A program made the translations under genes and the position numbers. A stretch of DNA of 58,340 nucleotides, counting the filler, from Dirinaria sp. TL-2023a (Eukaryota): the NCBI GenBank assembly GCA_051941275.1. It is 7 parts of 7 records of this genome, joined end to end, with 100 filler letters (N's around TTAATTAATTAA, not from the genome) between each part and the next. Parts side by side here need not be neighbours in the genome. Positions count along the whole stretch, not along the records: positions 41,805 to 50,023 come from JAVEBF010001212.1; positions 50,124 to 58,340 come from JAVEBF010001213.1; 5 more parts are not named here. The stretch is one strand, 5' to 3'. The notes below the pieces were generated by a model. The model did no database searches. It saw only the letters and a list, made by a program, of their open reading frames with translations, and was not told where the DNA came from. Positions 47,981 through 58,340 of the stretch are shown here, piece by piece. Positions within the stretch are counted from its first letter, which is position 1. Each line of letters starts with the position of its first letter.

Positions 47981-49647
47981 ATGAACTCTCTGAACCTTCT
48001 CTCTGCGCGAATGATCGGCCAGAGTACATCAGAACCTTTAGCCAAAGGCCGACCAAGATCCCGCAGTGAGGGCAATGCAAACACCGGAAACATCGGTGCG
48101 TTACCACCAAAGCGGAGTGCAAGCCAGCACATCAAGAATGTTGTCGGAAGTGAGGAAAAAGACCCGTCATCCAGTGAAGACGAAGCCGATAAGCTGCAAG
48201 AGGCCAATGCGCCGTCAGACGAATGGGACGAGAAGACTCCGCTTTTGGATGACGAGACATCTATTGTGCCTTCAAGCGCCAAGTACAGCAAGCTCCACTT
48301 AGTTGCCCAAAGGCTTGTCGACGCTCTGGCCGCTTCGCTCAAATGGGTGCTGTCTACTTTGACTGCTCCGGGGGTCTACGCGGCAAGATATTTCTACGAT
48401 GACAGAGGGCATTTCTCTCCGCTCAGTCCAGTAAGGAAGCTGGGAAGGATAGTACCCAACCGCAATGGTCGAACGTCTACCGCGCAGGCCGTTGGACTTT
48501 CCGGGTCTTCTGATCATTCGGTAGCATCTAGTACCGACAGGCGCAATGGCCGCCGAAAGCAAACAGTGAAAGCTGGCGGTCGGAGACCAGATGTCGCACA
48601 GGCCGTTTCCACAGTATTCTCTTCCGAGTCGGAGACTGATGCTGCGGAAAACGATGAGGAGTCCGTGCAAAGACCAGAATCAAAGTCATCATCTTCGTCC
48701 CCAGAATATCCAGTGAGACGTTCAATTCGCATCAAGCTCTACAATGATGATACAGCAAGGCGGCGTAGGCACAAGAAGTCACCCAGTTCTACGGCCAACA
48801 GCGCAGAAGTATCTGAATCAGGGAATCAACCTCCACTAACAGTAGCCACCATCAAATCTCCTACGTCGCCAGCATCATCTCTAAGGCTAACAAAGTACCC
48901 TCGATCACCAGCTCCTCCACGACCGCTGGTACCGCGGCGCCAACCATCGTACTCCATCCGTCCAAGTCATCCTTCGCCCCATAATACTCAAAAGACCCTC
49001 GTGATCGACCTCGATGAAACACTCATCCATTCTCTTGCCAAGGGCGGTCGCATGTCGAGCGGGCATATGGTCGAAGTAAAGCTAGCCTCCGCCGTCGGCT
49101 ACGGTGGCACTACGCTAGGTCCTCAGCATCCAATCTTGTACTACGTGCACAAACGACCGCACTGCGACGACTTCCTCCGGAAAATCTGCAAATGGTATAA
49201 CCTGGTGGTGTTCACCGCTTCGGTTCAGGAGTATGCCGATCCAGTCATTGACTGGTTGGAGCAAGAGCGCCAGTATTTTTCGGGTAGATATTATAGACAG
49301 CATTGTACCTTTCGGAACGGCGCGTATATCAAGGACCTGAGCTCCATCGAACCCGATCTCAGCAAGGTCATGATATTGGACAATAGCCCGCTGAGCTATA
49401 TCTTTCACGAGGGTAAGCCAGCTCTTCTTCTAAAATAGCATCCTTTCCTACTCCTCCGCCTCCTTTTTTTCCTCCTCGCTAAGTTGACCTGGTCGCAGAT
49501 AACGCAATCCCAATAGAAGGCTGGATCAACGATCCCACCGACAACGACCTCCTCCATCTGGTTCCGCTGTTAGAAGCCCTGCAATATGTGACGGACGTCC
49601 GAGCTCTGCTCGCTTTAAGGAGAGGAGAAACAGAAACGGCGCCATGA
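47981..49647 (+). CDS. NEM1: NIF/FCP1-family HAD phosphatase, Nem1-like; 1 intron (about 49412-49498)
   Basis: KTLVIDLDETLIHS, YYVHKRPHCDDFL, VFTASVQEYADPVIDWLE, YIKDLS...ILDNSPLSY|DNAIPIEGWINDPTDNDLLHLVPLLEALQYVTDVRALL; N-terminus MNSLNLLS. Confidence 0.92.
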
Positions 49648-50023
49648 ACAAAAACAAACACAAAACCATTACTTCAACGCATGTTTATTTCCACAAATGT
49701 TTTTTTTTTTTTTTCCATCAATTCATCAGCATGGCGTTTGTTTTCTTCATTGTTTTCTTCTCTTTTTTTTTTTTTCCATAAAAAAAATTAGAAGAAAAAA
49801 AGATCCCCAAAGTTCCCCGAGAGAAATTTCGTGCTCGTGTTCATCATGTCTCAACACACACACAATCCGGACCCGGCGGCTAGAGCGATAGCTGTCGAGG
49901 TATGATACGATGGATCTCAATTCGCCTGGCGCTGCTGTTTTCCAGCGAAAGCGAAACCTAGATCATCAGAGAAAACACATTATTATCTCGTTCCCAAATT
50001 CCACTAACTTCCAACCCCTTCCC

Positions 50024-50123
50024 NNNNNNNNNNNNNNNNNNNNNNNNNNNNNNNNNNNNNNNNNNNNTTAATTAATTAANNNNNNNNNNNNNNNNNNNNN
50101 NNNNNNNNNNNNNNNNNNNNNNN
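50024..50123. other. Artificial contig-joining linker
   Basis: N44-TTAATTAATTAA-N44. Confidence 0.99.
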
Positions 50124-50207
50124 GATCGGGGTACGCGACACCCGCACGCGTATATATCTGGGACCCCCATTGTATCTAGCTTCTCTTCTTCTTCTTTCCT
50201 TCCTTAG

Positions 50208-50558
50208 TGATAATATCTTAGTTAACTATACCTGCATTGACTTGCTCTGCACCGGTCCTAACAGGTATCACAACAAGGTACAAGTTACTCTGAGCAGTAG
50301 ATAGCTATTGCAAAGATGTAGAACACGATGTCAGAAGAGCGTCGTGTTGAAGCTCTATATACACAAGGTCTAGAACGTCAAGTCCTCGCTGCTCAGTCCT
50401 GCTCAGTTGCTCAGTTGCTCAGTAGGACTGAGCAACACTGATCACACTGATCACTGAGCAAGTCGCTCAGTTGCATAATTGCCAAGACTCTCAGGGTCCA
50501 CTGATCACTTAGCGTAACCCTTTCCTTAACCCTAAGTATTAGACCCAGGGTCGTAACA
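50208..50558 (-). mobile_element. Probable solo LTR (about 350 bp, Gypsy-like termini)
   Basis: On the minus strand it begins TGTTACGAC and ends TTATCA (TG...CA). It has an internal TATATAGAG TATA-like box and short internal repeats (TGCTCAGT, ACTGATCAC). The flanks CTTAG/CTCGA are only an imperfect target-site duplication. Confidence 0.5.
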
Positions 50559-50932
50559 CTCGACAGAGTTTAAGTGCGTTTTCATGATTTCGATAAAGAT
50601 GAAGATGAACCTAATCTTCATATCAAAATCTGATGATAGTTTGCTCAAATAAGTTTAGTGCTGAGAGGGTGTGAAATTAGGAAGGGGGAGGGGGGCCAAA
50701 TTCTATGTGCTGATTTCCATATCACGTGTCGGGTAGAATTACCCGGAGTCACTACTTGGCACGTGACCGACCCCTTGTATACATGTATTATAGATGGGTC
50801 GCTCCCCCAGCTTCTAGATAGAAACTATGCGTTCTACCACCTAATTTTGATAGGTATCTAACACTAAGACATAAAGGTAAAGATAAAACAAAAAGACTAT
50901 TTAAGAGTATCTAAGTTCAAGCAGGAATAGCT

Positions 50933-51862
50933 TTAGCTTCGTATGAAGTAATGTGGGAGAAAGCTGAACTCTTTTCGAGGGAACATTTTCCTCTCAACTT
51001 TCTCTTGTACTATCTCCGAACACGGGGCAGTCAAGCCATCACTCGAGCTTTGCTTGCTGATTTTGACGCGAATTAACGGATTCATGAAGTACCTTAGCAA
51101 ATGCTTGCCTTCGCCGTTACTTGCATCACTTTGCGTCCAGTTGGTCCTATCGTCCAAGTGTTGTCGGGTGATCCTGTGAGCCAGCGCAGGTGCATCTTGA
51201 CGTAGTCCCAGGTCAATTCCCTCAAGATCGGTGTGATCGATGTCCCCCATGCTGAGCATTTGAAATCGAGCGTCAGCCTCCAGTAACGAACGGTACACAT
51301 GACCAGTCTGCTTGTCTGCAGTCTTTGAACGCGTCTCTTTTCTGGTTGTAGACCTATCTTTTAGAGTTGTGCGTCTGCGCAATAGACCTTGGTCGCTGCC
51401 TGGGCGATGTTGACTCCGTGTAGCAGGCTGCGTAGATGCGATTGACATTCGATTACAAAGGCTTTTCTGACATTCCGTACTCTCCCCGTCTGATCCTTCT
51501 GAAAGTCTCTTTTCAAGCTTCCCAGTGACATTCTTCTCGCTCTTGATGTTGGTGGGTGACAGGATCAATGGTGCTGATAGCCTGTGAGAGCGGGTCGATC
51601 TTCCCAACGCCGGCGTTGTAGTTCGCGTAAAGTCTGTCGCAGCAGTCTGAGGAATATGGCGATATGGTTCGCCAACCTTTGTTGGAGCTCGCTCCATTTC
51701 AGCTGCCTTTGACCGTCCTGACCAAGTCGCCGCCCGCTGGTGTCTCCTGATTTCTTCGAGCCGCTTACATAATTCTATAACATCCAAGTCTCCCGTAGGC
51801 TTGCCAATCCGTGCCGCCTTTCGGGGATACAGGAACGAAGGGTCATGTGTTTGGGACCGCAT
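50933..51862 (-). CDS. Hypothetical protein, largely low-complexity and basic
   Basis: Uninterrupted ORF of about 310 aa with short motif-like blocks (LDVIELCKRLEE, YRHIPQTAATDFTRTTT, DDRTNWTQSD). The start codon is uncertain. Confidence 0.7.
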   Translation of the reverse strand: MRSQTHDPSFLYPRKAARIGKPTGDLDVIELCKRLEEIRRHQRAATWSGRSKAAEMERAPTKVGEPYRHIPQTAATDFTRTTTPALGRSTRSHRLSAPLILSPTNIKSEKNVTGKLEKRLSEGSDGESTECQKSLCNRMSIASTQPATRSQHRPGSDQGLLRRRTTLKDRSTTRKETRSKTADKQTGHVYRSLLEADARFQMLSMGDIDHTDLEGIDLGLRQDAPALAHRITRQHLDDRTNWTQSDASNGEGKHLLRYFMNPLIRVKISKQSSSDGLTAPCSEIVQEKVERKMFPRKEFSFLPHYFIRS

Positions 51863-53177
51863 AGATAACGACGCCTGTATGGACATGAGCGAACACAAGC
51901 TTGTAGAAGATATCCGGATTGAGTTGGAAAGAACTTACAGTTTTTATGGGCTTTAGATTCGCTGGATTTAGCATTGGGATTGAGGCTTGTTGGCCGATTG
52001 ATGGACCATCTAGTCTTGGAGGGAAATCGAGTGACGTGGATGAAGCTGGGCCTGTTAATTGGGGGACAATGAAGACCATTTCCTCCGACGGCTGCTCGGG
52101 CCTGTATATAATAAGGATTCTAGTGGTCAAAGCAGCCCGGGTCTGAGCTCAAGCTGGATGGCAGCTGTCACGCGCAAGACCATGCTTGCGGACATGGGGC
52201 TAAGTGAGATGCCGGGACGGCCGCCGATTCGCACAACAGTTGGCTTCCCACACGCGCTTGGACTGGCACAAACAGGGTTTGTTTAGATTAAAAGTCCTCT
52301 GCACTCCGTACTGTATGGGGTTGGGAGATGGTGGCCACCGTCTCTCGTACCTTAGGCTCTCGGAAAGACTGCGATTCCGACAATACAGGGGTTGCATGAG
52401 GTGGGGTCAGATTATTGTTAGGACAAGGAGCTGTCGCTGTGCGGAGTGTGCGCTCGAGTACTCCGTACTCCGTACCGTACTGTGGCTCCGTATTTACGTA
52501 CATATCTTAGTGTCCATGTATTCCGAGAAGGCGTGCAGGGAGAAGGTGCGTGAGGCGATGCAGGTCACACGCAACCCCCCATGAACCCGGTCAACCCAGT
52601 CTTAAGGTACCTTAGCCCACTGAGAGCTCTATGCAGCTAGCTTTTTAAGCTTGTTTCTAAGCGGCCCAATGATGGCCGAGGCTGCGGCGTCGGAGTGGGG
52701 CGAGCAAGGGTATCGCATTACTAACCACGAATACCCCGGTGACCCCAGAGTCCAGATCATCGGCTGGAATTCTTGAACATACCCAAGACCAAGACAGACC
52801 TGGAGTGCATGATTGTTACCGGAGTCGAGCAAGGTTAAGTAGTAGGTAGTCCAGATCAACCACTTTATACTTCTAAACAGCTGCTGCTGCTGCAGCTGCA
52901 CTCATATCCCACCAGATTCCAGCAACAACCTTCAACACTCCCGGTCAGGATCCACGCTGAAAGCTTAGCTGTTGCGCCTCCTTGCACTCACTACGTACCT
53001 ACCATGGTACCGTGATCCTTTCAATCTGGCACCCTGTTCACACATCCCTTCTTACCGGCTGAATGCTCAATGTGCCACACCATCAGGCTTCTGATTCGGT
53101 TTCCCAACGACTCAGCAGTTGAAAATTCCGTTGAATCCATGGGGCGCCTTCGAAACATGCTGTACTGACAACATCTG

Positions 53178-56100
53178 ATGGAGTCTAGGAGGTCGAAGAC
53201 GACCAGGTCGCATGGCGAGGCATCGAAAAGTGCACGCGATCCTCGCTCTTCACTGTCTCCTGCCCACAGCTCCCGACCCCACCTAAAGGACCGTGTCAAA
53301 TCCGCGCCATTGGTTGCCCAGACATCCCGTGTAAGGCAAGATGCAATAAGATCAAAACACGCTTCCACATCAGCTAGGGCCGCCTCGAGGGAGAAGCAAT
53401 ACGGCAATTCTCCTCCATTGACACCAACACCACCGTTGTCGCCCTTGTTCCGACAACAGGCGGAGCCAGCGCAATACGCCAACGCACATGGACAGGTAAG
53501 GCCTACCATCGTGCCAAAGTCATCAGCCGTCATCTACTGACTGGACTTTAAATTGGTTAGACCAGAAATGAGAATGGCATTCGAGAGGTAACGCTGGCGG
53601 TGACCGGTGCTGACCAGGCCGGAAAGTCAACGTTCATAGAATGTGCATTGGACTTGAAAAAGCCTCTAAGTGCTCCGATTGCCACTAAGAAGGTATCACT
53701 GGAAGGTGTGATCTCGACCCTCCGTTTGGTAGAGATCCCACTTGCAAAATTGACGGCTGGCTCGGAAGAAGGTCTTGCTTTGCCTGAGACTGTAGGGGGC
53801 CAAGATACTCAGCATGTAGACGGTGCGTTAGTGGTGTACGATGTCATGAATCAGGAAAGCTTCAATCATCTATCCAGCATATTGAGTGAGTTTCCTCTCT
53901 GGTGCGAGAGTAACCTAGTTATTTCTATCTATATATCGATCCAATTTTGTGTTTTCGTCAGTTCTTGTAATAGCAGAGTCAGCTGACGGTAGAGACAATC
54001 AAGACAGGCTTTCCGATGCAGCTATTCCGACCATCCTTGTTTCCAACAAATGCGACAATCCGCCATCTTACTGGAAGGTTGGCCACGAAAGGGTCGAGCT
54101 CTTGTGCAGTACGTATGAAGGAACAGAATCTTTTCAAACTTCGGCTACTGCTCCAGAAACTCACAAGCGCTGCATTTCCGTGATATTAAGGCATATTGCC
54201 TTAAAGCGATCTGGTAAGCCTCTGAACAAATCACATACATTCTTCGTGCTTATTTTTCTGACCTATCTTCTAATGTCTGGAATCGGGCAACATCTTCTGT
54301 GCCTGTTTCTTTACGGCCGGCGGAAAACCGAGTTCTGAAAAGTCACTGACATATACGAAAAGGGACTCCTGCTGCTGCTGCTCGAACAACGCGGCCACGC
54401 GCATTGACGGGTACACAGAGTCCAAGCGCGGAGCCTATGCCTCAAAACAAAGTTAAGAGCAAGCACACTCGTGCTGCTTCGGAACTTCCTACCGCGATAT
54501 CACGTAGCTTAGATCCGCATTTGCCGGCATCTTCAGTCTTGGACATTTCAATATCGGACAGTTCCAGGGAAGGATGCTCTGTTCAGCATTGTGCAAGCCT
54601 CAGTACTCAGAATCCATATCCTTTGGGCAGGAATGCCGGTTTGAGGACGCAAACAACATCTGACAGCCATTTTGAAGTTCCAAAGATGGTTTCCGACGAT
54701 GACGAAGTAATCGATCAGCGCCTGCTAAAGTCACCAATCACAGATTCGACGCCTATTAGCATTACTAAGTCGTTCCTCGATACTAATGGTGAGCGTACAG
54801 AGGAATTCAGCGAAGAGGATACTAGACACTCTGCAACGTGCGAAGCCTCAAGTGAGGGTGGAGTAACGTTCGATGATCTCGTTGATAGGTTGCTTTCACA
54901 GCCAATGTCCAAATCCGATGGCAAATTTGCAGCTATCTTCCTATGTCTTTACCGAAAACTTGCTGCTCCTTCGGAGCTGCTTGCTGCGGTAACACAGCGC
55001 TTTCACCAACTGAATCGTAGCGTCAACCTTCATGTGTCACGCCTTGCATCTCAACTGCGTTATCTCAGTATCCTCGCTCAATGGGTCTCTGATTATCCAG
55101 GCGACTTCGCACATGCGCAGACTCGCCGTATTATGTCTGAATTTGTTACAAATCTATTCGGAAACAGGGCTTTCGCGGTCGCAGCCAAAGATATAAACTC
55201 CCATTTGGAGATCGTATCCGAGGATGACGATACTGAGTGGGCTTGCTCTGACAGAAGCAGGGGTAGGGCGGACACAGTGGACAGTTTCTTGAGCATATCC
55301 TCTCTACAGAGTACCGCATCAACTCTCAACGCCGAGTCTTCGTCGGAGGATGTTGCAGCAAGCACTCAAATTGAAGATAGGCCACAGGAGCATGGTATAC
55401 GGCACTCCACTAGTGCATCCTTGTCTTCTAGTGCAGATCGGTCCGAAAGCCAATCGACTGGGTCATTCCAGACCCTTTTGAACTCAGTGGAAAATGCTCA
55501 ACGTCAAGCGCAACTCTTAACACCTATTCCTAGGAATGCCCTTACAAAGGTTCAGTGGCATCAGCTGATGGATATTCCAGAGGAAGATGTAGCGAGGGAG
55601 CTGACACGAATTGACTGGATAATTTTCTCGTCCATAAGGCCCAGGGACCTTGTCCGCCATGTCAGCCTGCCAGGGCGCGAAAAAGAGAAGTGCAGAAGCC
55701 TTGGAAACGTCAACCGCATGGTTGATCAATTCAACCATACTGCTTTCTGGGTTGCAAATATGATCGTGCTTCGAGATAAACCGAAGCATCGTGCAAGGAT
55801 GCTGGAGCGATTCATGGCTATAGCATGGGTAAGGGGAGCACGAATACCGTTGGTAGCTTTGCTGATGATGGTACCTAGAAATTACGCCAGCGGAACAATT
55901 ATAACTCCCTCGGAGCAGTAGTTGCCGGTATCAACGGAACTGCTGTTCACCGATTGACCCAGACCCGCGAGCTGGTGCCACAGCAAGCCCAAAAACAATT
56001 CATGCGACTGGAGATTCTAATGGGAACACAAAGAAGTCATTTTGCGTACCGATTGGCGTGGACCAATACCTCGACTGAGAGAATACCCTTTCTCCCGCTT

Positions 56101-56574
56101 CATCTTCGAGACCTTGTTTTAGCCGAGGAAGGAAACCGAACCTACTTAGATGAAGACAATACACGAATCAATTGGAAAAAGTTCGAACTCATGGGCGAAG
56201 TCGTCGTAGGAGTCCAGAGAAGCCAAGGAACGCCTTACCCATGCACTGCTCGAAACGAAGAGGTACAAAGATTACTGCTTGATGGAAAATTTCCAAAAGA
56301 CGATGATGTAAGTGATTTCCTGAGTACCTATGCGGCTTTTTTGAGATCTATATGCTACAACCATACGCCGTTTCCTTGCAATTTGAAGTCGTGTTCAATA
56401 TGACTTCTTGGATATTTCCCGCCCAGCCTACATTAGGGCATGGAAAATAACATTGTTTATCATGATCCAATGTACTGATATAACGTCTTCTAGGAACTTT
56501 ATGAGCGGAGCATTCAAATAGAAGGGCCGGGGGCTTGGGAACCCAGGCGCAGATTTAATTGGTATAAGAGATAA
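53178..56574 (+). CDS. CDC25-type Ras guanine-nucleotide exchange factor with an N-terminal Ras-like GTPase domain; multi-exon, start uncertain
   Basis: P-loop GADQAGKST and NKCD; REM domain (TFDDLVDRLL...FAAIFLCLYRK...WVSDYPGDF); CDC25 domain (VARELTRID, MVDQFNHTAFWV, LRQRNNYNSLGAVVAGI, IPFLPLHLRDL, INWKKF); last exon ELYERSIQIE...FNWYKR*. Confidence 0.92.
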
Positions 56575-57146
56575 ACTTGGTATATATTTGCACTTGATTT
56601 GTCGTCGGTTGTAGGGCGCTAAAAGGTTGTTCCGCTGGGGTACAAAAGCCATGAGCGATGTTCATGAAAGATAGCATGATGAATGAATGCTGTATAATGT
56701 TGCCAATCATAGAACGAGTGCTTGCGAGCGTCTCACAGGAGCATTTCAATAGCCGGAGCAACCGTGTCTCATGATAATTTTCGAGCATCATATTACCACT
56801 CTAATTATCGCTTTAATGTACTTCTTTCAAAGTGAATGAAAACCAAAAATTCGAAGCGAAATGGCGAGGACTGAGGATTCGGCTGCATGTCTAGAAGCTA
56901 ACAATGGCCTGCTAGATAACGGGCGAGTCAAAATGGTTCACCTAAAAACGAGGGAGCTACGCCACAGGATACCTTAGAAATCGCCATTATTGTTCTCAAA
57001 CAGTACGATGGATCAAATAATCATTCACATGCTATTTTGATGAGCGTGAGCTTACAAGCACCCTTTGCTGACGTGCGAAAACTTGGCTTCACGCTCTAAT
57101 ATTTCCGCCGGCTGATAGTTGAGTTCTGTGGACTAATTGCAAAAGG

Positions 57147-57775
57147 TCATTGTTCTGGACGAGGATTGATTCGCTGTTTGATGATAACATCCGAAAGCGC
57201 TTTCAACGCGTCGCCGTTTCTTCCGTCCTTTTCTCTCAGCTCACGCAACAGACGAAGTCCATTCTTGCGACCTCGATCCAGCGTCCACGAGTGTTCTACA
57301 CTATTGTAGCGGCTCCCTTTACCACGTCTACCACCATGATTGAACCGAGGCCTATATTTGGGTTGACCCTCAGCTTCCTCAGTCTGCGGCTCAAGAGTCG
57401 CGCGGTAAATCTGATGAAGAAGATTACGGAGTTGAGGAAAGGCGCTATTGAGGCTCTGGAGCTTCATAGAAACCCCCACGCCAGTGACGGAGAAATTTGA
57501 GGATATGGAGCTATCGCTAAGATTTTGGCTAGTTATTTCATCGGCCAACGTCGGGGGGCGTAGTGTTGCAGGCAAATCATCCGTAGGGAGACCAGATGCT
57601 TCTTCCGGGTGCACTGCCTTATGCATTCTATAGCACTCGATTGAGCAACTAAGTTATAATCAGCAAGTCTTACGCGCACCTCGTCTGACTGATTGCAGAC
57701 TCACTAGAGAATCCGGCAGCAGGGACATTTGTATTTGGGAGTTTGGGAACCGCATACTGCGCAGAGAGTAGCCAT
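57147..57775 (-). CDS. HIT-type zinc-finger protein (Hit1-like); intron 57704-57649
   Basis: Spliced MATLCAVCGSQTPKYKCPCCRILYCSIECYRMHK matches the zf-HIT pattern, followed by LRNLLHQIYRATLEP. Confidence 0.88.
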
Positions 57776-58340
57776 TAATGCTTATCAACTATACATCTTG
57801 CGAGTCCGACAGTGATCTCTGATCCTCGGAAGTTCGATGGACAGAGATCGTGGGCTCTGATGGCTTCTGCGAGGGTCGGAAAGAGCAATTTCGTACTGAA
57901 GGAGGTTCGCAATAAGGTAGGGTAGAATACATTACTTTAGCTACCTTACCATACCCTGTTACGCCTGTAAGTATGTAATCTTACTGTACCTTAAGGTATG
58001 TATGTAGGCATACGTCATGGTGATCATTCTTGGCATTCTCTTTTATCACATTCACATGACTATTTGTTCAATTTGTCAGTCTGTCAGTCACGAGTGGAAG
58101 GACGCCTTCCTTGACACCCTTCATTTCTCTGCTTCTATCATTCAAGACCGAAATAAAAAGATATGGCTTTAGAAAAGATTGCCAAGGGAGTATTGAACAC
58201 CTCGCGGCCTTCTGTGTCAGGCAAGTCGAAGGGTATAGACCTTGCTACCTACAGGAGAGTCATTCATTACAACTCCAGATTCAAATCTCTCTCAACTCAA
58301 TACGTGGCATCGAGACCATGTTTATCACAATCCGAACGCC

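Noticed and set aside
8340..50079. TTAATTAATTAA palindrome recurring about every 8.3 kb, read as a biological periodic element
   Set aside because: It always sits centred in exactly 44+44 Ns, so it is an assembly spacer. ORFs ending in X...LIN are artefacts of it.
50389..50510. Short repeats as a CRISPR-like array
   Set aside because: The context is eukaryotic, the units are 8-9 bp with no unique regular spacers, and LTR-internal repeats explain them better.

Overview
This is DNA from a filamentous ascomycete (Pezizomycotina), with short GT-AG introns and CTRAY branch sites. It is not one locus. Seven separate contigs of 8295, 8284, 8267, 8237, 8221, 8219 and 8217 bp (descending length) are joined by six identical artificial 100-bp linkers (N44-TTAATTAATTAA-N44), so neighbourhoods only mean something within a contig. 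Contig 1 carries a partial SDS22, a class I glutamine amidotransferase-like gene, and a cluster of four small paralogous Cys/His proteins (W-x-C-x2-C-x11-16-C-x2-C-x-H-x2-C-x2-C) plus a probable fifth, decayed copy. One of the four is a 47-aa ORF missing from the ORF track. Contig 2 has degenerate repeats and gene relics, an intact 4-exon UstYa/DUF3328 oxidase, and the first (signal-peptide) exon of a divergently transcribed secreted-protein gene cut off by the contig end. Together these are a candidate fungal RiPP locus. Contig 3 has a secreted LPMO-like protein with His1, head-to-head with a laccase-type multicopper oxidase. Contigs 4-7 are mostly housekeeping genes: SMT3, NUP84, a PPR protein, proteasome alpha1, CEX1/SCY1, eIF2B-beta, NEM1, a GTPase-domain RasGEF and a HIT zinc-finger protein. 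They also hold three hypothetical genes and a probable solo LTR. All exon models and family calls were read by eye; no database search was run.
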